Origin: an uncultured archaeon
Lineage (GTDB): Archaea > Aenigmatarchaeota > Aenigmatarchaeia > GW2011-AR5
DNA length: 47,778 nucleotides
NCBI GenBank assembly: GCA_964373695.1
Contig: CAYJVT010000007.1
Location: forward strand, 1-47,778
Direction of reading: 5' to 3'
Each line of letters starts with the position of its first letter. Within the stretch, counting starts at the first letter, position 1. The notes beneath the pieces are model-generated. The model was not told the origin of the DNA. It worked only from the letters and a program-made list of their open reading frames with translations, and did no database searches. Position numbers and translations under genes: made by a program. Below, one piece after another: positions 36,354-43,488 of the stretch.

Positions 36354-36857
36354 TCATCTGGAAGCCTTTTTGACTATCTTAGCTTCCTTGAGAATGTATT
36401 CAGGGACTATCCCGAGCCTGATATACCTGTTCTTCACGTCTTCTGGCAGGTGCGTGAAGTTCTTTACTGTCTTCCTGCAGTTCTTGCTGCCGCAGTTGCA
36501 CCGAAGTTCGTACCAGCTGCTCTCTTCATTCATGGTGAGGGAGTAATCAAATGCAATTTCTTCCCCATTCTTGATGTTCTTCATCGCTACCAGGATGGCT
36601 TTCTTCCCTGTTATCTTGAGCCACGAATTCGGCTCGCATGAATGGTTGAAGAAATCGTCAAGGCCTCCGGAAGGCCCCATGTACAGGTTCGGGTCTATTT
36701 GGACATAGTGGTCGTCATCCATATTATACGGCTTTGGAAGCTCACTGAGCGCAATGAGCTTGCCGTGAAACTCCAGTATTTCCTCTCCCTTGGTGAAGTC
36801 CCGGCCAGCGAAGACGCCTTTGCCTTTTTTCGTTTGCCTTAGTACAAGTTCTTGCAT
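36354..36857 (-). CDS. SET-domain protein-lysine N-methyltransferase with post-SET zinc motif
   Basis: GKGVFA, FFNHSCEPN, GEEIAFDY, post-SET CNCGSKNCR; start moved to ATG 36857. Confidence 0.92.
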   Translation of the reverse strand: MQELVLRQTKKGKGVFAGRDFTKGEEILEFHGKLIALSELPKPYNMDDDHYVQIDPNLYMGPSGGLDDFFNHSCEPNSWLKITGKKAILVAMKNIKNGEEIAFDYSLTMNEESSWYELRCNCGSKNCRKTVKNFTHLPEDVKNRYIRLGIVPEYILKEAKIVKKASR

Positions 36858-36980
36858 CTTTACTAAGGACGTTATTTCGCAAGAAAGGATAAATATGTGA
36901 ATATAGAATGCCAAGTAGATTATTTCTTACCAAAATCCTTAAATCATGCTCGCCGACAAATTATACTAGAGGTGGGACAA

Positions 36981-37073
36981 ATGGCAAAGCGAAAGGCTGC
37001 GAAGAGGTCGGGGAGCAAGGCGCAGAAATGCTCATGCGGTTCCGGGATGATGTCGAAGGACTGCTGCGGTTGA
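36981..37073 (+). CDS. Micro-protein (30 aa): basic tail plus SEC-C-like Zn motif (MAKRKAAKRSGSKAQKCSCGSGMMSKDCCG)
   Basis: GAGGTG RBS 6 nt upstream; CxCGSGxxxKxCC matches the SEC-C consensus CPCGSGKKYKKCC; below the ORF-track cutoff. Confidence 0.72.
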   Translation: MAKRKAAKRSGSKAQKCSCGSGMMSKDCCG

Positions 37074-37113
37074 TGTTTCAGTTATGATTATAATCATCGG
37101 AGGTGCAAAAAAA

Positions 37114-37173
37114 ATGGCAAAGAAGAAGGCAAAGAAAGCTGCCAAGAAGGGCGCTGCTGCAGCTGACATGTAA
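37114..37173 (+). CDS. Lys/Ala-rich micro-peptide (19 aa, MAKKKAKKAAKKGAAAADM)
   Basis: Full GGAGGTG RBS 8 nt upstream of the ATG; histone-H1-like composition. Confidence 0.62.
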   Translation: MAKKKAKKAAKKGAAAADM

Positions 37174-37216
37174 GGCATGAGGCTTATGATTCTTTAGATT
37201 TGCAGTTTTTTCTGTT

Positions 37217-38188
37217 TTATTTTCTCCATAAAATTTCAACTTCATCCGTTCTCCATCTGGAGATATAATCCGGTTTTTTGACGGGTTTCTGGCCGCTGGA
37301 ATAGGCCAGAAGCCCGGTCCATGCTATCATTGCCCCGTTGTCCCCACAGTATTCTTTTGGCACTGCGTAAAATTTTGCGCCCCTCTCCTTGCACATTACT
37401 GACATCATCTCCTTCAGGCGGGGGGACGCCGCGACGCCACCTGTAAGCAGTACTTCATCCTTCTCTGCATGCGACATTGCCCTTTCAGTTATTTCGACGA
37501 GCATCGCGAATGTGGTTTCGGCAAAGGAGAAAGCGATGTCTTCCCGGGCTTCCGAGGCAAGCTTTCTCCTGGCGTCCGATAGTATCCCGGTAAAGCTGAC
37601 ATCCATCCCCTTCACCGGATAGGGGAGCCGGATGTACTTGGAGCCCTTCGCGGCAAGCCTGTCTATCTCCGGCCCTCCAGGATAGCCGAGGCCCATGTAT
37701 CGTGCAAGGACATCCCTCGCGTTGCCTATGGCCATGTCCTGCGTCTCCCCGAAGACCCTGTATCTGCCCGAGATATATCCAATCACCTGCGTATTGCCTC
37801 CGGAAACGTAAAGCATTATGGGGTCTTTGCACTTGCACAGGAGCCTGCCTATCTCTATATGGGCTACCGGATGATTCACTGCTATTGCCGGGCGCTTTCC
37901 CATTATCCGGGCAGCGAAACTTGCCCCTACTTTAAGGCATGGCGGCAGGCCGGGTCCGGACGCGAATGACACTATGTCGGCGTCGTCAAGGGAAATGCCG
38001 GCTTCCTCCAGGGCCTTTTCCAGGACAGCGTCTTTTACGGATTCATGATGCTTCATGGCTTCGTCGGGCTTTATGCCACATCCAAGCTCCGGGATGTACA
38101 CGTCCATCTGGTTTGCAATTACCCTTTTCCCGTCGCATATACCAACGCCGAATGTGTGCGACGTGCTCTCAATCCCGATTGATATCAT
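37217..38188 (-). CDS. kae1: tRNA N6-threonylcarbamoyladenosine synthase Kae1/TsaD (stand-alone, no Bud32 fusion)
   Basis: GIESTSHT, GPGL, VNHPVAHIE, LYVSGGNTQ, GET.D.A.GN..D, DNGAMIAW. Confidence 0.95.
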   Translation of the reverse strand: MISIGIESTSHTFGVGICDGKRVIANQMDVYIPELGCGIKPDEAMKHHESVKDAVLEKALEEAGISLDDADIVSFASGPGLPPCLKVGASFAARIMGKRPAIAVNHPVAHIEIGRLLCKCKDPIMLYVSGGNTQVIGYISGRYRVFGETQDMAIGNARDVLARYMGLGYPGGPEIDRLAAKGSKYIRLPYPVKGMDVSFTGILSDARRKLASEAREDIAFSFAETTFAMLVEITERAMSHAEKDEVLLTGGVAASPRLKEMMSVMCKERGAKFYAVPKEYCGDNGAMIAWTGLLAYSSGQKPVKKPDYISRWRTDEVEILWRK

Positions 38189-38754
38189 AACGAGTCCTCT
38201 ATCTGCTTCTTGGTAACAGGGCCTTTCCTTCTTATCTCGATGCCGTTCAGCATGCTCGCGACAGTCGAGGCCCTCCTTCTGGGGAGCGTCCCGCCGTCAA
38301 GCACCATGTCTATCCTGCCTCCGTAAAGCTTCAGCAGATTGTTGACTTTGTAAACCGGATTCTTGCCTGATATGTTGGCTGAAGTGGCGGTTATCGGCTT
38401 CCCGAAAGCCTTCGCTAGTTTGAGCGCTTCAGGACGGGATGGTATTCTGAACGCGAACTCGCCTCCGCTCCTGCCCCTGCAGACAAGAGTCAGCCTTCCC
38501 GGCATCAGTTTCCGCACGATGTTCTTGTCGTCTGCGCCTAGGACTGCATGCCTTTCGGCTGCTTTCATGCTGCCGACTATGACCGTCATCTGCTTTCCCT
38601 TGGGTCTCTTCTTCAGCGCATATATTTTTTTGACCGCCATATGGTTTGTTGCGTCGCATCCCAGGGCATAACTGCTCTCCGTGGGGTATGCCACTATGCC
38701 GCCCCTCCGCAGGATTCTTGCGGCAAGCTTTATGTCGCGCGAGATTATTGTCAT
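38185..38754 (-). CDS. sua5: L-threonylcarbamoyladenylate synthase (TsaC/YrdC-type, no C-terminal Sua5 domain)
   Basis: VAYPTESSYALG, IY.LK.RP, TATSANISG, STV. Confidence 0.92.
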   Translation of the reverse strand: MTIISRDIKLAARILRRGGIVAYPTESSYALGCDATNHMAVKKIYALKKRPKGKQMTVIVGSMKAAERHAVLGADDKNIVRKLMPGRLTLVCRGRSGGEFAFRIPSRPEALKLAKAFGKPITATSANISGKNPVYKVNNLLKLYGGRIDMVLDGGTLPRRRASTVASMLNGIEIRRKGPVTKKQIEDSL

Positions 38755-38789
38755 AATAAAAATGAATTTTATTAGCTATTAAAGCAATT

Positions 38790-39173
38790 ATGATTATGCC
38801 GATTTTTGTGGTGCACCGCCACATGGCCCACAATCTTCACTGGGACCTGCGGCTTGAGATGAAGAACCGCGCGGGCAGGAAGGTTCTGAGGTCATGGGCA
38901 GTGCCTAAGGAGCCGCCTAGGACGAAGGGCGTCAGGCGGCTCGCCATACAGGTGGAGGACCACGCCTTTTCCTACAGGAAATTTGAAGGGACGATAAAGG
39001 AAGGCTATGGCAAGGGCACGGTGAAGATATGGGATTCGGGCAGGTACAGGCCGCTTTCATGCAAGAGGAACAAGATAGTTTTCTCGCTCTCGGGCAGGAA
39101 GATGGAGGGCGATTACGTGCTTTTGAAATTTGCAAAAGCCGGAGGGAAGAACTGGCTGCTTTTCAGAAAATGA
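38790..39173 (+). CDS. Stand-alone LigD-type 3'-phosphoesterase (PE) domain
   Basis: FVVHRH.A..LHWDLRLE, SWAVPK, RLAIQVEDH, FEG.I..GYG.G.V.IWD.G.Y. Confidence 0.9.
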   Translation: MIMPIFVVHRHMAHNLHWDLRLEMKNRAGRKVLRSWAVPKEPPRTKGVRRLAIQVEDHAFSYRKFEGTIKEGYGKGTVKIWDSGRYRPLSCKRNKIVFSLSGRKMEGDYVLLKFAKAGGKNWLLFRK

Positions 39174-39516
39174 GCGGGTCGCCGTAAATAATGATCCCGG
39201 CTATTATGATTATGTTGAGAATTATCCACGCGACGAACATCATGATTATCGGCTTCTCCCTGTGCATTATGCCGTATGCCAGCCAGAAGAAGTTGAGTAT
39301 CAGATAGGATATGAACGTGACGAATGACAGACCTGCAGCGTTCCTTTCGACAAATATCTTGAAAAGCTGTGGTATGGTCATTATAGGCCCCAGCACGCCG
39401 ACCGCGAAGATGAGCTTGTCCATGAGCCTTTTCCACTTGTTCCTGCTTGGGTAAGCCTCATGCTTCCTGTATATTCTTTTCCGGCGGTGGAAATGGTGCA
39501 ATGGCTGGGTCATCAT
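39163..39516 (-). CDS. SemiSWEET/PQ-loop family transporter
   Basis: GPIMTIPQLFKI (PQ motif), AGLS, FWLAYG; three TMs. Confidence 0.8.
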   Translation of the reverse strand: MMTQPLHHFHRRKRIYRKHEAYPSRNKWKRLMDKLIFAVGVLGPIMTIPQLFKIFVERNAAGLSFVTFISYLILNFFWLAYGIMHREKPIIMMFVAWIILNIIIIAGIIIYGDPLIF

Positions 39517-39517
39517 A

Positions 39518-40198
39518 TCACACAAACTGCATTGCATGCATTAGATTGTCTTCATGAACGACGAATAGGCGCCCCTCCTTTTCCATCCTGCGCATGGCCT
39601 TGTCTTTCATTACTTCGGCCCTGGTTATCAGGTTGGGCCGGAAGAGGACGCTCCTCCCTACGAGCTTCATTATCGGCAGGTCAGTGAGGCCGTCGCCTAT
39701 GTATACTATGTTCTTTTCCTTCACCCTGAAAAGATTCTTAACCTTCCTCACGGCGCCTTTTTTTTCGGTCTTTACCACGTCGCCCTTTATTTCGCCTGTG
39801 AGGACGCCGTCCTTCACGACGAGATGCGATGCATATATATGGTCGACATATTGGAGCAGTTTTTCTTTTTTCAGTACGCGCCTTATGAAGCTCTCGTCGT
39901 TTGTGCTTACTATCACTATCTTGTGGTTGTCGGCCTTCAACCTCTTGAACATGCGCTCGACGCCTTTCGTGAGCTTCACTTTTTTCAGCATCATACTGGT
40001 CACGATCTCGTAGTCAAGCCCCTTTCCCATCAAGGCCATCTTCTTCGCCAGCCTGAAGAATTTCCTTGGCTCCATGTTGTCCTGCAGGAAGTCTATCTCT
40101 ATCTTCAGCTTCTCCATCCTGCTCCCGACGAGGCTCAGAAATCGAGAAACAGAATCGTTTATTATGACATTGTCGAAATCGAAGCAGACGATTTTCAT
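39518..40198 (-). CDS. HAD-superfamily phosphatase (SerB-like)
   Basis: CFDFDNV (DxD), IVST, YIGDGLTDLP. Confidence 0.8.
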   Translation of the reverse strand: MKIVCFDFDNVIINDSVSRFLSLVGSRMEKLKIEIDFLQDNMEPRKFFRLAKKMALMGKGLDYEIVTSMMLKKVKLTKGVERMFKRLKADNHKIVIVSTNDESFIRRVLKKEKLLQYVDHIYASHLVVKDGVLTGEIKGDVVKTEKKGAVRKVKNLFRVKEKNIVYIGDGLTDLPIMKLVGRSVLFRPNLITRAEVMKDKAMRRMEKEGRLFVVHEDNLMHAMQFV

Positions 40199-40323
40199 TG
40201 GATTTAATTGGGAGCAGGTATATAAATAATCTGTCCTTTATTGGATGAGAATTATTTCTTCTCGGCCGTTATCTCATAAGAGTATTTCATAAAAATACTC
40301 TTTGAGATCAAAGTCTTTCTTAA

Positions 40324-40713
40324 TTATTTTGTTGTGTTAGAAAGACTTGTGATCTGGCCGTATCCGCACTTGCCGCAGTACTTCCTGTTCTTGTAGGATG
40401 CGAGGAACGTTCCTGTCCCGCATCTCGGGCAGTTCTCCCTTTTTCGCGAAATCTTCCCGTCCTTGATTTCGTAGAGTTTCCACACCTGTACTTTCGCGTG
40501 CTTTTTCTTTGAATGAGGCCTTTCCTTCTGCGAGCGCTTCTCCTTCTTTACCTTCTCTTTTTTCACCTCTGCCTGGGGCTCTGGTGCAGGGGCTCCTTTC
40601 GCGCCTGGGGGGGTTTTTGCCGGAATTCCCTTAGCTGGAGCGGCCGGGGCTCCTTTCGCAGGTGCAGCTGGTACTGCCGGAGCCTTTGCCTCCTCCTTTT
40701 TTTCTCTTGCCAT
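40324..40713 (-). CDS. rps27ae: 30S ribosomal protein S27ae with a long Pro/Ala/Lys-rich N-terminal extension
   Basis: YEIKDGKISRKRENCPRCG.G.FLA.Y.NR.YCGKCG; follows rps24e. Confidence 0.93.
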   Translation of the reverse strand: MAREKKEEAKAPAVPAAPAKGAPAAPAKGIPAKTPPGAKGAPAPEPQAEVKKEKVKKEKRSQKERPHSKKKHAKVQVWKLYEIKDGKISRKRENCPRCGTGTFLASYKNRKYCGKCGYGQITSLSNTTK

Positions 40714-40723
40714 GAAATATCAC

Positions 40724-40987
40724 TTACTCTGTTTTCTCTTCTTTCTTGCTGAGGTCCTTGACTTTCTTCTCGCTCCACAGGTTGACAGACGACTTGGACG
40801 TCTTTGTCCCCTTGCCTGTCAGGATGCTGACGATTTCGACGCATTCCACGTCCTTGTTTTTTTCCTTCGCTATATACTGCTGCAGCGCGGCCTTCGACGG
40901 CGTGGCGTCTGCATGCTCTATTTCAACCTCTATCTCGCTCCTTCCCAGGAGCTTGTTTTCATTCTCGCTGATAAAGTTGACTTTCAT
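40724..40987 (-). CDS. rps24e: 30S ribosomal protein S24e
   Basis: ENKLLGRSEI...H..ATPS; synteny. Confidence 0.88.
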   Translation of the reverse strand: MKVNFISENENKLLGRSEIEVEIEHADATPSKAALQQYIAKEKNKDVECVEIVSILTGKGTKTSKSSVNLWSEKKVKDLSKKEEKTE

Positions 40988-40990
40988 TTT

Positions 40991-41173
40991 CTACACCTTG
41001 AGGGCGTATTTTCCGGGAGCGGTGACGTTGAGCTTCTTCGCTATCTCCGAGTTGACGTCGAATATGATGGCGATTCCCTGGAAGCTTGACGTGAGGTCGG
41101 CCGTCTTGCACACGGGACACATGCTCCCTTTCATTACTATCCTCTTGCAGCTCTTGCACGCTTTCTTCGCCAT
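40991..41173 (-). CDS. spt4: Transcription elongation factor Spt4 (RpoE'')
   Basis: ACKSCKRI...CPVC...S.IAKKLN...PGKYALKV. Confidence 0.93.
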   Translation of the reverse strand: MAKKACKSCKRIVMKGSMCPVCKTADLTSSFQGIAIIFDVNSEIAKKLNVTAPGKYALKV

Positions 41174-41179
41174 ACGTCA

Positions 41180-41746
41180 CTACCTCTTTTTTCTCTCCTT
41201 CTTGTCGACGTTCTTTTTATCCTTCTCCACCCAGTCGAGGGCTCCAAGAAGCGGTTGCCTCATCGTAAGCGATATCTTGTTCCGGCCCTTTCCGAGGGAA
41301 ACCCCGACTACGCGGGTCCTTATTATGTCGCCCTCCTTCAGCTTGTAGCCGGTCTTCTTGCCCGTGAAGATGGCGTTCTTGCCATCGTACGCTATCTTGT
41401 CGTCCATTATCTGCGACACGTGAACAAGGGCGTCTATCGGGCCTATCCTCGTGAATGCGCCGAACTCTGTTATGTCGACGACCTCGCCGAGCATGACCTC
41501 GTTTATCTCGGGCTTGAAAACCATTATCTTGAACTCGGTTGGGTAATATATCGCCCCGTCCTCTGGTATTATCTTGCCTTCGCCCACGCTGAGAACTTCC
41601 GTAACCACAAGGAAAACACCTATGTCAGGGTTCATCTTCCCCTCTAACTGCTCCTGTAGGCTCTCCTTTACAGCCTGGTTGAGCTCCATATCGAACTTTG
41701 TCGGCGGTACTCTAGCCTCGTCCCTTACTGTCAGAGTTTTGAGCAT
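41180..41746 (-). CDS. rpoE1: DNA-directed RNA polymerase subunit E' (Rpo7)
   Basis: RVPP, GEG.IIPEDGA.Y, EFGAF.RIGPIDALVHVSQIMDD, LTMRQP.LGAL.W. Confidence 0.96.
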   Translation of the reverse strand: MLKTLTVRDEARVPPTKFDMELNQAVKESLQEQLEGKMNPDIGVFLVVTEVLSVGEGKIIPEDGAIYYPTEFKIMVFKPEINEVMLGEVVDITEFGAFTRIGPIDALVHVSQIMDDKIAYDGKNAIFTGKKTGYKLKEGDIIRTRVVGVSLGKGRNKISLTMRQPLLGALDWVEKDKKNVDKKERKKR

Positions 41747-41794
41747 CTATCTAAACCTCATAGTAATTAACTAAAATGAATTAAAAACAGTCTT

Positions 41795-41862
41795 TTTAAA
41801 TCTGAATTCCTTTGGAATTCGGGTTAATCATCATTTATAATGATGATTTAAATCTGAATTCC
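41795..41862. repeat. Nested palindromic element (about 49-bp imperfect inverted repeat 41814-41862 plus a GAATTCC-TTT-GGAATTC hairpin)
   Basis: Core AATCATCATT-TAT-AATGATGATT; TTTAAATCTGAATTCC at 41795 and 41847. Confidence 0.65.
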
Positions 41863-41871
41863 GGGCATTTA

Positions 41872-42399
41872 TCACTTTTCCTGCTTGAAGCGCTCGATGC
41901 CATCCCTCAGGATGTGTCTTGCCCTGGCAGCGTCTTCCCATCCCTTGACTTTTACCCACTTACCCGGCTCCAGCGCCTTGTACTGCTCGAAGAAGTGCGC
42001 TATCTCTTTCTTGGTGTGCTCGTTGACGTCCTTTATGTCCTTCACTGAGTCGTATCTGGGGTCCTTCTTCACGACCGCCACTATCTTGGAGTCTTCTCCA
42101 TCCTCATCTTCCGTCACCAGCACGCCTACCGGACGGACTGAAACCACCAGGCCCGTGCTTATCGGGTGGTCGCCGAGCACCAGACAGTCCACCGGGTCCC
42201 CGTCGCCGCTTTCCGTCTGCGGCACCATGCCGTAGTTTCCGGGGTATGTCATCCTGGTGTAAAGAACCCTGTCAAGGACGAACGCCTCCGTTTCCTCATC
42301 ATATTCTATCTTGTCAGGGGAGCCCAGAGGCACCTCTATTATGACGTTTATCTCGTCCGGAGCCTTCTTTCCCGTCGGTATTTTATCAAGCATGCTCAT
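41872..42399 (-). CDS. ppa: Inorganic pyrophosphatase (family I)
   Basis: IEVP, K.EYD, LDRVL, YPGNYG.VPQT, DGDPVD, DSKI. Confidence 0.96.
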   Translation of the reverse strand: MSMLDKIPTGKKAPDEINVIIEVPLGSPDKIEYDEETEAFVLDRVLYTRMTYPGNYGMVPQTESGDGDPVDCLVLGDHPISTGLVVSVRPVGVLVTEDEDGEDSKIVAVVKKDPRYDSVKDIKDVNEHTKKEIAHFFEQYKALEPGKWVKVKGWEDAARARHILRDGIERFKQEK

Positions 42400-42407
42400 C
42401 TTAACAC

Positions 42408-42761
42408 CTACTCCTCGGCCAAAATCTTCTTCTGTTTCAGCCTAATTACATTATGCCCGAAATTTTTTAACTGTTCTATGAGGCCTTTGTCGTTCGTCGC
42501 TATAATATAACCCTTCTTGGCGTATTCTATGAGCGTCCTGTCAGCATTGGTTCTAGCCTTTATCACAGCCACACCGTTTCTTTCAGCCATATCAAGCGCT
42601 ATCCTTGCCTGGCCTCCGCGCTTCGTCCTTTCCTTTGACAGTCTTTTCAGCTCATTGATGCAGGATTCGAGCGTGAAAAGCTTCCCTTCCGTCGTGTATA
42701 CGTCCGCCCTGAACTGGACAGGCGCCAGCAGGATGTTGGTGTCCAATATTATCTTTCTCAT
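42408..42761 (-). CDS. PIN-domain rRNA-processing protein (Fcf1/Utp24-like)
   Basis: IILDTNILL, SCINEL, AD, IATNDK.L, RL.QKK; conserved position upstream of ppa/rpoE. Confidence 0.8.
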   Translation of the reverse strand: MRKIILDTNILLAPVQFRADVYTTEGKLFTLESCINELKRLSKERTKRGGQARIALDMAERNGVAVIKARTNADRTLIEYAKKGYIIATNDKGLIEQLKNFGHNVIRLKQKKILAEE

Positions 42762-42831
42762 TGAGAATAATTGAACGATGCGGATAAAAGGTGAAATAAT
42801 GAGAATGAAATAAAATAAAAAATAAGAGGAT

Positions 42832-43203
42832 TTACTCTTCCTGCTTGTCCTCATCAGCGCCGTATTCCTGGGCATCGTTTCCCTCAGCTTCCGAGCTACC
42901 CTCTTCTCCGGCACCGACTTTCTCGGCTATTGCGAACTTGTTTGCAACTTCCTTTATCCGGATTTTGCATTCCTCGTTCTTCTGTGTGTTGGGGACGAAT
43001 ATTATGAAGTTGTTTACCTTCGTTATACCGTCGCCCTTGGCGCCTATGTCAGTTATCTTGACGTCGTATTCCTCGCCGACCTTTACAGGCTTTTCCCTCT
43101 GCTGGAATCCGCCTCCGCCGCCGAAACCTCGGCCGCCTCCGCCTCCGCCGAATCCTCTTCCGCCACCAAATCCGTGGCCTCCTCCTCTTCTATCTCCGTA
43201 CAT
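42832..43203 (-). CDS. TRAM-domain RNA-binding protein with an RGG/FGG-rich N-terminal tail and an acidic C-terminal tail
   Basis: KPVKVGEEYDVKI.D.G.KGDGI.KV..F.IFVP...EE..I.I.EV..KFA.AE. Confidence 0.92.
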   Translation of the reverse strand: MYGDRRGGGHGFGGGRGFGGGGGGRGFGGGGGFQQREKPVKVGEEYDVKITDIGAKGDGITKVNNFIIFVPNTQKNEECKIRIKEVANKFAIAEKVGAGEEGSSEAEGNDAQEYGADEDKQEE

Positions 43204-43256
43204 TTTCTATTCCTCCATTCATGCGTTGCCGCGATTTATTATGGTCAAAAGATGTG

Positions 43257-43326
43257 TCAGAATTAACCCTTCTGATAAAGCCTCGAAACCCTCAGAATTA
43301 ACCCATCTTTCCATCAGATTTAACCA
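43257..43326. repeat. Three direct repeats TCAGA(A/T)TTAACC upstream of the TRAM gene
   Basis: Copies at 43257, 43292 and 43314. Confidence 0.6.
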
Positions 43327-43386
43327 CTAAAAATATGACGAGTGGAAAGTATTTAAATCCGAATTCCACTTGAATTTTGACGTGTG

Positions 43387-43461
43387 TGAAATTGCTTTGC
43401 AATTTCAACACCCCAAAGAGCTGCGCTCTTTGAAGGATAAAAGTCAAGCTTCGCTTGACTT
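43387..43461. repeat. Array of three perfect triloop hairpins
   Basis: TGAAATTGC-TTT-GCAATTTCA; CAAAGAGC-TGC-GCTCTTTG; AAGTCAAGC-TTC-GCTTGACTT. Confidence 0.8.
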
Positions 43462-43488
43462 GTGATTAAACAGTGGATTTTTAGACAT

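Noticed and set aside
35728-36357. 209-aa minus-strand ORF
   Set aside because: Antisense shadow of the aquaporin gene
43257-43326. Direct repeats as a mini-CRISPR
   Set aside because: Repeats are only 13 bp with irregular 22- and 9-nt gaps, and there are no cas genes
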